Assembly (NCBI GenBank): GCA_963693365.1
Contig: CAVNZM010000009.1
Location: 8,599,408-8,663,407, forward strand
DNA from: Amoebidium appalachense
Taxonomy: Eukaryota; Protista; Ichthyosporea
Direction of reading: 5' to 3'
Length of the DNA: 64,000 bases
The translations under genes and the position numbers were made by a program. The notes under the pieces are model-generated. The model worked only from the letters and a program-made list of their open reading frames with translations. It was not told where the DNA came from and searched no databases. The first letter of the stretch is position 1, and the number at the start of each line of letters is the position of its first letter. This document shows, piece by piece, positions 29,001 through 39,400 of the stretch.

Positions 29001-29771
29001 ATGGCCACCTACAACGAGGCGTTCGTCAGAGACAAATTGGCACGGATCGAGGGGGGGAAACACGAAGTGTCAACCCCTGCCGGCCGGATCGACCTCCTCA
29101 CAGACACGGACATCATCGAGGTCAAGCGCGCACCACAGTGGAAGGCCGCTATGGGACAGGTGCTGGCGTACATGAAGTACTACCCCAGCCACCGACCGCG
29201 GGTCCATCTGTTTGACTACGCACCAGCGGATGTGTACAAAACAGCGATTGAAACAATGACATCCTTCAACATACTTGTGACATTGGAACCTGATACGATG
29301 CAGCTCGTGTGGGGTAAACGACCAACACCCCCCAGACCACAGCCTGATTCTATTCCGGCGGAGGTACAGTTCTTGAAGGACATGGCAAACGGATATGGTG
29401 TTCCAGTACCGCAACTGGTGGAAGGGGAAGTGTGGGTGACGACTGGGGGGATGTTGGAGCTGATGCGCACCTGGGCAAGCGCAAGAGGAATGGGTACAGA
29501 ATTTCGGGTAGGTTCCAAGAGGTTGGGTTCATGCCTCAGGAAGGTTCTCCGGGGTCGTGCATCGGTGAACTCGGATATGGTGAAGATAGGGAACCCCACA
29601 TCGGAAAGAACAATGGCGTACCATTTTAACAAAAACAAGGAGCGAGGCACGCGAGGCAGGCGAGGCAGGGGGTGGCCCGCGAGGCATGCGAGGCCCGCGA
29701 GGCACACGGGGGGGCGGCTTGTTTTGGCTGCTTTTTACTATGATTTAGAAGCTGCAAAGCTACCACGCTAA
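29001..29771 (+). CDS. PD-(D/E)xK nuclease-like domain fused to a D5-C-terminal-like (winged-helix) domain
   Basis: HEVSTPAGRIDLLTDTDIIEVK..WKAAMGQ..YP..RVHLFD; the C-terminal SIPAEVQFLKDMAN..TTGGMLELMRTWA resembles the tail of the neighbouring helicase. Confidence 0.75.
   Translation: MATYNEAFVRDKLARIEGGKHEVSTPAGRIDLLTDTDIIEVKRAPQWKAAMGQVLAYMKYYPSHRPRVHLFDYAPADVYKTAIETMTSFNILVTLEPDTMQLVWGKRPTPPRPQPDSIPAEVQFLKDMANGYGVPVPQLVEGEVWVTTGGMLELMRTWASARGMGTEFRVGSKRLGSCLRKVLRGRASVNSDMVKIGNPTSERTMAYHFNKNKERGTRGRRGRGWPARHARPARHTGGRLVLAAFYYDLEAAKLPR
29642..29705 (+). repeat. Six GCGAGGC direct repeats
   Basis: GCGAGGCAC GCGAGGCAG GCGAGGCAG ... GCGAGGCAT GCGAGGCCC GCGAGGCAC. Confidence 0.8.
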
Positions 29772-29996
29772 ATCGGGTGCCGGGGTGGCCCGCGCGGCCC
29801 GCACGGCGCCAGATGGTCGACGAACAGCCCGCCAGCGCCCGGTCGATAAACCGTCAGGTGGCCAATATCGCTCGAATCCAGGGGCCCCCCGGCGCATAAT
29901 GCCCGATGCGGACTGACCGGCTATTCGATTTGATTGGCGGACTTGTTTGACCGATTCGGGTGCAACGTCGGCGCCCCCGCAGATCGGGCCGAGGAG

Positions 29997-30921
29997 TCAC
30001 CCCAGCACGTGCCTCTCCAGGAAGCGCACGGGGTACACCTTGACCGGGCGCAGGTCGCCCTGCACCATCGCCAGCGTCTCCTCGGGCTCGCAGCCCTCCT
30101 GCTCGCGCCACGTGCGTGCGAGCAGCCGGCCGAGCGTACTGCTGGACTTGTCGGTGATGCCCCGGTCGACGAGGAACTTGCCCATGGTCATGTAGCCGCC
30201 AATCGCCGACTCCTCGATGGCCGCACGCTCGCCGGCGGGAACGAGCACGTTCACCACGGCGTCGTGGAGCAACATGCGCATGTGCGGGTCCCGGTCCAGG
30301 CCGAACTCCTCGAGGAGGCTGCGGTAGCTCCTGATGTTCTCCACACGCATGCGCCCGTTCTCGATCAGCAAGCGCTCGACCTCGGCCTCCTCCCGCTTCA
30401 CGCGCAGGCGACGCTCCTCCTCCAGCTCCTCGCGGCGGCGCTTGCGCTCGGGGGTCTCGCCGGTGCCGTTGCGGAAGGACGCGCGCTCCTCGGGGGTGCT
30501 GTTGTCGAAGCGCGCCTCGATCTCGGGGATGAGCGAGAAGTCGCCGGACAGCAGGCGAGCATAGTATGTAGGTGGCACAGGTCCTTCGGAACTCGTGCGC
30601 GCGCTTGCCGGGGAGCAGGAAGATGATCTCGATGAGGACAGGGAAGGGTGCTACGGGCGTAAGCATACCCTTTCTGTTGATGGACCTTGTTGCTGCGAGC
30701 AACAAGGTCCTTAACGGTCGGCTCCTTGCAGTTGCCTGCATATCAAACCATGCAGATCTTGCAGCATTTGACGAGCCAAGCACAATAGTAGCGGTATCCA
30801 GGACGCTACCCTGTGCATCCTTGCCCTCTCCGTGGATCCTGTATTGGGCATCCTTGAACTGCCAGGGGAACTCCCTCCACAGAAGCGACATGTCGCCTTT
30901 TTTGTTCTGCTCGCCAGCCAT
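29997..30921 (-). pseudogene. Bro/antirepressor-like viral DNA-binding protein (frameshift ~30570)
   Basis: SVLD..TPVA..LIEIIFLLPGKRAHEFRRTCATY joined to YARLLSGDFSLIPEIE is a motif I recognise from phycodnavirus-like proteins; followed by a coiled coil and a C-terminal LGR...RPVKVY. Confidence 0.65.
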
Positions 30922-30961
30922 GCTGTGTCAGAATGACCGGTTCTCCACGGGAGGCGCTCTT

Positions 30962-32274
30962 TTATGCTTTGTCACCCCTCACCGCAGCACCTCCCGCCGC
31001 AGCGCCGCCGCAAGCTGCGCGAGCCACGCCGTGCGGTCGTCGCCCAGGCACGCGGCAAAGTCGGCGTAGGGCCATCTGCGCCGAGAACCACTGGCCCTTC
31101 TCCTCGTTCCAGTACTGTTGTAATACGTAGTATTTACATATGGTAAGATCTTCTCAGTTTGTGTTATGTTTCAGTTCATATGCTTAGTGTAAATGCCACA
31201 CTCCTATTATGTAAAGTGTAGCATCGATCTCCGATATGCTTGTATACTTGTAATCGTGTTGTATCGGCTTTAATCGTGTATTGTGATATCGATTAGAATA
31301 TTTATTTGTGTGTACACGGATCCACCCACTCAGGGAGAGACGTGTACATGTTCGTGTGTACATAAATATCTCTGGTTATAGTTATGCTATTACTATCTTG
31401 TTTGTTGATCTGTGCTCTCTTTTCCTTCCTCTTTCTCCTTCCTTATTTTCTCTTCTTTTTCTCCTTGTCTTCATGTGTATAATCGTATTTCTTTTCTACT
31501 AATATATGTTAGGTAGATTTGTGTTACTTAATACGTGTTCATTGGACGGTAACACACTTAGGCTACACTTAGAATAACATGTGTGTTCAGACTTCATTAA
31601 TTTACTTTAGTTTTCATGTGTTGCCGGGCTTTAACCAATCATCAAGGTTAAGTGTGATATGTCTGAGTCTTTGCAGTGTGTCATAGGTTAGAACTTCCTT
31701 GATGATGACACGAGTTGATCTTAACTAGTGTCCGTGTCCTATCATGTACGTCTCCGCGTACCAGATCTCTCTGAAAGCAATTGGTTCTTAGTGATTGGTT
31801 TCCATTAGAGATAGATCAGATATCCGACTGGTCGGAAATCATGTATGGATTGGACTTAGAGGAATTTCAGGTATTTATTCGAAGATCAGAATAAATTCAG
31901 TTCAGTCGTGTCTAAACATTGATGTCTGTTGTGTACACTGCCCGATCGTTCCGTGTTTTGTTGTTGTGTGTGTCTGTGGTGTTTTCACACTGCACCACTG
32001 TGTCTCTGCTTTCATCCCAAATACTTACATAATTTAACAAGTACCGCAGCCCGCTGGTCGGGGACACCTGCATCCGCGGGCACCGCCCGCACACGCCAAA
32101 GCGGTCCGTGTCCGCCTCCCAGCCCGCCGCCAGCCGCTTGTCGTACAGAAGGGCCGCGCAGGCGGGTGCCTCGCAGGGGGCGTCCGCGCCCAAAACCGCC
32201 GCCACGGCGTCGCGCAGCGCGAGCGCAAGCAGCGTGCTCACGCACAGTGCCATGAGCAGGAGGACCAGCAGCAT
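30962..32274 (-). pseudogene. Small signal-peptide/membrane protein gene split by a solo LTR
   Basis: Removing 31116-32039 and one TSD rejoins ...PTSGLRY|WNEEKGQWFSAQ...; hydrophobic N-terminus. Confidence 0.6.
31116..32039. mobile_element. Solo LTR (924 bp), TSD AGTAC
   Basis: AGTAC|TGTT...AACA|AGTAC; an AT-rich block inside GC-rich coding DNA. Confidence 0.88.
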
Positions 32275-32322
32275 TGTTACGTCACCAGTGCATTATGTGC
32301 CCGCTTAATCTGCCGGTAGTGC

Positions 32323-32930
32323 ATGCACATCACGCACGGCGACCGCTTTGTCAGCCGCAACCTCGCGCTGCTCAGCTGCCCGGTGGAGTGGCTCGAGGAC
32401 CTGGCCAACACCAAGCACACGGGCATGGGCCTGCGCTGGCAGCGGGACGGCGACAAGGTAGCCGCCATGCTCGGCGACACACGCATGTACTGGAGGGCGC
32501 TGCCCGATGCCAACGTCGTCAGTTCACGGACGACCCTGCGCAGGCGAGCTCGTTCGCGTTCAGCGGCTGCCCCCTCCAGCAGCCCAACTACGTGCCGGAC
32601 ACGGGCCTTGCCGGAGTGCGCGTGCGCCTGCACGAGCCCGCCCCGCCTGCGCTCCCCCCGCCGAGCCCGCCGCCCAAGGCCCGCGTGGAGCTCGGCGTCG
32701 CGTTCTGCGCCAGCGTGCTTGGAGTCGGTCCCGTGCCCATGCCCTCGTGGTTCGTGTGCCCGGCCGGCGCGGGCCCGTCCATGCAGTACGGGTTCCGCGG
32801 CGTCAACCTTGCGCTGTGCCTGCTGCACGTGTGGCGCTTCCGCGTGTGCGTGGACCTGTTCCCATTCCCGGGCCTGACGCTGTTTCTCGCGCTGCTCGAG
32901 CTCGGATATTTTGTAGCCGACTATCAATGC
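32323..32930 (+). pseudogene. Hypothetical viral protein with a hydrophobic C-terminus (frameshift ~32520)
   Basis: GC3-rich frames MHITHGDRFVS...PDANVV and QFTDDPAQ...LFLALLELGYF appear contiguous; both ends uncertain. Confidence 0.45.
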
Positions 32931-33394
32931 GTGCCCTGCTCCTGTGCCCCTCCCTGCTGGCGCTGGCCCTGGCGGCCCCCGAGTGCCAGCTGTTCGCAAG
33001 CTCCGCATCTGTGGCGACCACCGCACACGTGCAGCCCACGCCCACCGCCCAAACAAGGACGTGGTGGGCGACCCTGACGCACGTGGAGACCACCGGCGCA
33101 CACGTGGTGCCCACGCCCACCGCCGAAACAAAGACGTGGTGGGCGACCCTGACGCAAGTGGAGACCGTGGCGGCCACCACCACAGCGGCCGCAGCCACCG
33201 ACCCCCCTGAAACCGCCTCCGACACCGACACCGACCCCGGCGGCGTGTTTGAGCTCCCCGCTGCCATCACCGACGGCGACCTCAGCGACGACCCCACGCC
33301 CACCATGCCCGTGGACCCGCCCGCCCCGCCGGCCGGCGCCAACGCGTCCAACTGGGAGTGCCGCTGCACGCTCGTGGCCCCCAGACCCCAATAA
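32927..33394 (+). CDS. Secreted/surface Thr-Pro-rich protein with two 24-aa repeats
   Basis: Signal-like MRALLLCPSLLALALA; AHVxPTPTAxTxTWWATLTxVET occurs twice; C-terminal WECRC. Confidence 0.65.
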   Translation: MRALLLCPSLLALALAAPECQLFASSASVATTAHVQPTPTAQTRTWWATLTHVETTGAHVVPTPTAETKTWWATLTQVETVAATTTAAAATDPPETASDTDTDPGGVFELPAAITDGDLSDDPTPTMPVDPPAPPAGANASNWECRCTLVAPRPQ

Positions 33395-33415
33395 ATCTTT
33401 TTGTGGCCACCCGTA

Positions 33416-34780
33416 ATGTCGCATGCGCGCTCCCGCATCCTTGACGACATGGCGTCCCACATCGACTTCGCGGCGGCCGTGGCCCGCCGGGCCGCGTTCC
33501 CGCACGGGCCCGCGCTGCCCTCGGCCCCTCGCAGCGTGACCGTGCCGAGCGAGGCCCCGCCGCGCGTTGACCGCCCCGCGCTGCCGCAGGGCCAGTGGCG
33601 CTACCACTTCAAGTTCGTGACGGGCGGGTCCGAGTGCCGGCCGCTGCAGGTGGAGTTTCCCGCCACACGGTCTGTGCACGGCATCCGCGTCGAGGGCTTC
33701 AAGGCGCACAGCGTGTACGACGTGTGCGAGGGCGCAAACAGGCTCACGCTGTCGCTGTCGTACCTGGACTCGCCCGACGGCCGGCCTCCGGGCATGTGGG
33801 TGAAGGCGTCCACCGACGTGTACCTGCCGGTCGGCAACTACACCCTGGACAGCCTGTGCGCCGAGCTCGAGATGCGGCTGGACGCCGCCATCGCCGCATG
33901 CTTCAACCCCAGCTACAGCCCCGAGGAGGTGGCCGACATTCTGGAGATGTACCCGGACTCGCTGCCCTACTACGCCAGCGTCGCGCACACCGAGTGCCTG
34001 CGGCACGCCGCCGAGCGCAACGGCGAGGCGTGGACGAGGCAACAGGACTTTGTGTGCAAGTCGCGCTGGGCGCCACGCCAGCAGGGGCCGCGGGACGAGA
34101 TCGCCTTCGAGGCGCTCATGCTCGCGCAGCTGTACTACAGGGAGAACGCATGGGCGTGGCGCGAGCTCGCCAACGAGCGCGACGCGCACGGCCGCATCCA
34201 GTGGCCGTTCCACAACACGCTGTACAACCTCATGACGCCCTCGAGGCTTGCGCTGCCCGGGCGGCTGGTCATCAGCATCCACCACCGCAAGAACATGGAC
34301 CCCGACACAATGAAGCACTGGCGGCCCTACGCGTCGGTGCCGACGTTCACGCTGGACGTGTGCCGGGGCCTCGGGAACGTGCTGGGGATGGCGGCCGGTG
34401 CGCACGTCAGCAGGAGCCTGACGGCCGGGCTGCCGCCGCTGGCACGCTACTTCGACGGGCGAGACCATGCGGCAGTCGAGGAGGGCGACCAACAGCTGCC
34501 GTGCCAGGGCGACAACATCCAGTGCGTGTTTGGGACTGGGGTGCCGCTGGGGCCACGCGGCGCGCTCATGGTGCACGTCATGCAGGGCGAGACGAGCCTG
34601 CAGGGGCGCATCACGGCGCCGGGCGTGCAGGGGGCGGCGTGCGGGGCCGTGGACGACATGCAGGCGAGCCCGCAGATCTTGGGGACGCTGGATCACGTTG
34701 ACACGCTGCGGCTGGTGGTGGTGGACGAGACCGGCACAAGGGTGACCGGGTGCTTCACGGCGCTAGTGGCGATTAAATAA
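33416..34780 (+). CDS. Penton/minor capsid-like (single jelly-roll) protein
   Basis: F..TRSVHGIRV, VYDVCEGANRL, VYLPVGNYTLDSLCAELEMRL, LGNVLGM and VDTLRLVVVDETG follow the N..YNI..NN..IP.GNY..L..L...LGF...L.I..D..G pattern of NCLDV/Polinton minor capsid proteins. Confidence 0.65.
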   Translation: MSHARSRILDDMASHIDFAAAVARRAAFPHGPALPSAPRSVTVPSEAPPRVDRPALPQGQWRYHFKFVTGGSECRPLQVEFPATRSVHGIRVEGFKAHSVYDVCEGANRLTLSLSYLDSPDGRPPGMWVKASTDVYLPVGNYTLDSLCAELEMRLDAAIAACFNPSYSPEEVADILEMYPDSLPYYASVAHTECLRHAAERNGEAWTRQQDFVCKSRWAPRQQGPRDEIAFEALMLAQLYYRENAWAWRELANERDAHGRIQWPFHNTLYNLMTPSRLALPGRLVISIHHRKNMDPDTMKHWRPYASVPTFTLDVCRGLGNVLGMAAGAHVSRSLTAGLPPLARYFDGRDHAAVEEGDQQLPCQGDNIQCVFGTGVPLGPRGALMVHVMQGETSLQGRITAPGVQGAACGAVDDMQASPQILGTLDHVDTLRLVVVDETGTRVTGCFTALVAIK

Positions 34781-34790
34781 AAGGGAGCCT

Positions 34791-34877
34791 GAGGTGCACG
34801 GCAGGTCGGTAGCTGCCTGGTTGATCCTCAGGGCAGGGACCGCCGAGGTGCAGGGCAGGTCGGTAGCTGGTATAAAA
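34791..34877 (+). promoter_or_regulatory. Two 25-bp direct repeats followed by TATAAAA upstream of the KilA-N gene
   Basis: GAGGTGCA(C/G)GGCAGGTCGGTAGCTG at 34791 and 34845; TATAAAA at 34871. Confidence 0.55.
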
Positions 34878-34918
34878 GGCCTGTTTCTTGTGTTGGGAGG
34901 CGCAGTCTGTTTTTGACG

Positions 34919-35521
34919 ATGCACCGGCTAGAGCAAGTATGTACTGATGACGGGGTTTTGCTTACCGTGAAAGAAACACGGGACGACGGCAGGGTTTGGT
35001 ATAATGCAACACTCTTCCTCGCCAGCCATGGCATGGCATTCTCAAACAGTTACTGGATCAAGTTGAAGAAAGTGAAACACGTGATACGTTCTTTGGGCAG
35101 CACCGAGCCTCTTCAAGTTGTTGACAGCACCCTGACACAATGTCAAGGAGATCAACCGAAACTTGTAAGGGGTACGTGGGTAAGGGATATTTTGGCAGTT
35201 AAAATGATGGACTATGTGGCTCCAAAAACCAAGTCAGAGCGCAGGGAGGCGTCCATCCAAGAGGCATTGGCTCTGCGAGAGGGGGGAGAGCGGGAGGTCA
35301 ATACGCCTACGGGGCCCGTTGATCTACTAACCAGTACACAGGTCATCGAGGTTAAAAAGGGGAAACGATGGAAAGAGGCCCTAGGACAAATAATGGTTGA
35401 CCGGATTCATTTTCCCAACCACCAGCCGCGCATACATTTTTTTGATGCATCGGAAACAGACAAAAAACACATCCTATGGATGTGCTCGTTGTACAACATA
35501 GTTGTATCTTTTGAGAACTAA
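34919..35521 (+). CDS. KilA-N domain + PD-(D/E)xK nuclease-like domain
   Basis: DGRVWYNATLF..YW..RGTWVRDILAVKMMDYVAP (KilA-N); REVNTPTGPVDLLTSTQVIEVK..WKEALGQ..RIHFFD is paralogous to the ORF at 29001. Confidence 0.8.
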   Translation: MHRLEQVCTDDGVLLTVKETRDDGRVWYNATLFLASHGMAFSNSYWIKLKKVKHVIRSLGSTEPLQVVDSTLTQCQGDQPKLVRGTWVRDILAVKMMDYVAPKTKSERREASIQEALALREGGEREVNTPTGPVDLLTSTQVIEVKKGKRWKEALGQIMVDRIHFPNHQPRIHFFDASETDKKHILWMCSLYNIVVSFEN

Positions 35522-36437
35522 TGGAAGGTCGGCATGGGGTAAACGACCAAGGCAAGGAAGGCATAAAAGATGACCCCTTCCCCCCTGTCGTATCCTAATG
35601 TATATGTACTAGAGACGCGGCACTCTACTAAGTGTACACACACGAAAAGGAACGAACGTGTACGGAAAAACGGTAAAGTTTATTCAGACCAGGCTCCGAC
35701 GGGCAAACTTAGATCCGTACGGAATGAGACTAAGTTACAACTGCGGCCATCAAGGCCGTGCCCTCAAAGATCATCATCACCTGGCCCCCTACGATGCCAC
35801 ATTCCAAACATTCCGATCTACTTTTATCGTGCGCCTGCACGAGCTAAGTCGATCTACTCAACTAATATATTTATCCATGTCTCACCCCTCACCCTCCCCC
35901 TAGTGGCACCGCAGAGTCTAAATCTACATTTCATACTATCCTCCCCCCCCCTCCCTCCCCCCCTTTCCTCTACATCTAAATATATAAATACGTTTGGCAA
36001 CATACACTATCAAACCTTGTCAATACTTACAAAAGGGCTTCTGCCCGAACAATCACATTCCTAAGTCCTCCTACGATCTATCCTACACACTAATTGGAAT
36101 TCTATTGGTCGGCTGTCCCGGCTGACGTGGTCCAATGCCCTGCGCCGGCAGAGGCAAGATGCACGCAGCTGTACAGCTATCTTGAGGCCCCGGACTTGAT
36201 CTTGATGATCTGTGGACCCGGGCCACCCCCCCCCCCCCCCCCCCCCGATCTCGATCGTAGACTTAGGCTAATCTGCTGAGACGGATTAGTATATGTCAAC
36301 TCCCCCCCGGCCCCCGGAAAAGCTGAGTCCCACCTCAGTCACATTACATCTAACACCCCCTAAAAAGACATAGACTAATCAGTCTCCCAAAAAAAAATTA
36401 AAATTAAATAAATTACGAAGAAAAATAATAAATTAAT

Positions 36438-39400
36438 CTACACCATAAGCTTGATACCTACGGAGACACCTATGATAATAAATGAAATTCCTACGACTAC
36501 GTTCACACTCCTCCTCGGTCTCCTCCCCCCCTCCCCCTCCCCCCGTGTGTCTACGTGTATTTGCATCACTCCCCCCCCGGCCCCCTCCCCCATCGACTTT
36601 TTCACACCTGGTCCACGATTAAACTGAGGAATAACTCTCTTTGGCCTAGAGGGAGCACTAGGCAACTCCCTCTGCACTAATCTAGCCTCATAAGCACGAA
36701 TAGAAAACGGGCAATCCAAATGAAACTCAGGCAACCACTGATCTTCCTGATAACCTCCCTCAAAACGAATTAAATAATAATTTACCTTACCTTCCTTACC
36801 TTCGATAACCTTTTTATCCATAATTTTATCTACTGCAGCCTCCGATACATCCACCGACCCGTCATAGTCGGGGGTGAATGCATCTAACACTCGACGGCCC
36901 TCCGGCCGTTTAACCCTAAGGGCCCTATCATAATATTCCTTTATATCATCTACATTATAAAATCTAACATCACTCTCATTATCTAACCTCTGCACCTTAT
37001 ATTCCGTCAGACCTAACCTAGCCACTATTTTATACGGACCGATAAAAAGAGGCAACCATTTCTTACCATACTTACGAAGACCTTCACCTTCACCCTTACC
37101 TTCCTGCTCCTGCTTATATCTCTTTTTCCTAGTATGATCCCTAATTAAAACTAAAGTACCCTCGGCAAATTCACGTAACGGACGTGTGGACACGTCTGTA
37201 CGTGCCTGTGCCTGCTGTGTACGGGCCAGAGCTGCATCACGTGCAGCCCGGGCCCGGGTTAGTAGCTGCTCCCGGAACTCAGTCCAGTGGGGATAAGTTA
37301 GTCGGTCAGCCCCCCCCATCGGCAAAAGTGCCGTATCTAACAAACTAATAGCCTCCTGCCCATAGACCAAATAAAACGGAGAAAAACCAGTCACAGCATG
37401 AGGGGTAGAATTATATGAATGAGCAATAAACCTAGACATATGATCCCAATCATTAGCCTCCACATCCACCATTTTGCCAAAGGACTTCTGAAACACTGCA
37501 TGCACACGTTCAGAGATGGCATTTGCTTGAGGGTGATATGCAGACTTAGTGATATGAGCTACCCTTAAAAATTTTACACACCTCCGACACCAACTGATTT
37601 AAAAACACACGACTCCTATCCGTTAACAAAACACGAGGACAACCAAACCTAAGCCGTTAACAAAACACGAGGACAACCAAACCTAAGACAAATTTCATCC
37701 ACAAAAATACGAGCAAACAAAACGGCATTAGCAGTGGGGAGAGGAAAAACTTCAACCCAACGAGTGGCCACATCGTTGACGGTAACAAGAACAGTGTTAC
37801 CCTCAACCGTAGAATTAAAAGGACCGACCACATCCACTGCTACCCTTTCAAACATACGAACATTAAAATCCCTAATAAACGACGGGCGGGAACGAGAGTG
37901 GGGACTCTCATTCCTTTCCTGACAATGCATGCATGACAACACATAATCCCTCACCTCCCTACTCATACCCGGCCAAAAATACGAACGATTAACACGAAGC
38001 AACGTCCTATTTACACCTAACTGACCAGCCATGGGATGCTCATGCGCCATATGCAAAACCTCAGGCACAAGTGCCGTCGGGACCCAAACTCGGTGTCCGT
38101 CTGGCCCAGAACAATGATAAACTAAATCCTGCTCTACCTGACACATTTTTGCTAACTTGGCTACCTTAATCATCTGCCTTTTATTTTTAAATTTAATCGA
38201 ATCAACCGGCCCCTTTAAATAATTCTTAACCAGACCAATCAACACATCTTCCTCCTGAGCTAAGATCAAAGCCGTAGGTGCTAAGGCAGGGGCCGAGCCA
38301 TGAGACTCGGTCCCGACCTCAGACACTGACAAATACCTCCCCCCCCCTCTCCTACACTTATAAGCAAGCAACCCCGGAACCCAAGAAGACACATCCACAG
38401 ACACAGCATCTAATCCTTTCTGCTCACTCTCCCCCCCTTCCCCCCTCCCCCCCCCGTCTCTCACAATCCCCCCCCTCCCCCTCCTTCTCTTCTTCAAACA
38501 AAATATAAGCAGCACGAGAGAGAGCATCACAGTCAACCATTGTTTCACCCTTGGCATAAGACAATTTATAGGAGAACTCACCGAGAGCCGCGGCCCACTT
38601 CTGCATCCTCTCGTTGACCAGACGAGTGGTGCCGGCCATGGCTAGGCAGGGCTTGTGGTCGGTGTAGACCTCAAACGTCCTGCCTGCGAGTATATACCTC
38701 CATGCCTGTGAGACTGCCCAAAAGATAGCATGGGACTCTCTCTCCGGATTGCTATATCTACGTTCACTTTTACTAAATGAACGACTAGCATAAGCAATCA
38801 CTCTATCCTGCCCCTCCTGCACTTGATATAACACGGCCCCCTCAGCAACCTTACTTGCATCACACCGAACTTTAAACATCCCCCCCCGGCCGAAAAATCA
38901 GGATGAACAAGCATACTCGAAGACTGCAAAGCTAACTTAAGCTTTTCGAAAGCAAACAGAAACAGCATCAACATTCCAATCTATTCTATTCTTCTTCTCC
39001 CCCCCCGTCTGACTAGTTAACGGCAAAGCAAGCATACTATAATCCTTAATATAACGACGAAGATAATTAGTTAAACCTAAAAATTGCCTTAGTTGAGTGA
39101 CAGTCTGAGGACGGGGCCACTCAACTATGGCCCGGATTTTCTCCGGATCAGGGGAAAGACCATTACTAGACACAATATGACCTAAAAACTTAACCTCCGG
39201 CACACCAATCACAGTCTTGCTACCGCTAATGCGAAGACCAGACTCACCCAAAGCTAAAAATACTTTTTCACAATTATTAACTAGCTCCTCAAATGACCTA
39301 CCTTTAATTAAAACATCATCCAAATAAGGGTGGCATACATCCAAATGAGGGTGGAGAATTTTATACATTACCCGGCACAACATAGCTGGAGAGGAGAGCA

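Noticed and set aside
29642-29705. Similarity of GCGAGGCA to the ACGAGGCA words in the first intron
   Set aside because: A 7-bp match in unrelated contexts; probably chance.
32924-34696. 590-aa minus-strand ORF and other overlapping ORFs in the GC-rich island
   Set aside because: Shadow frames of high-GC3 plus-strand genes.
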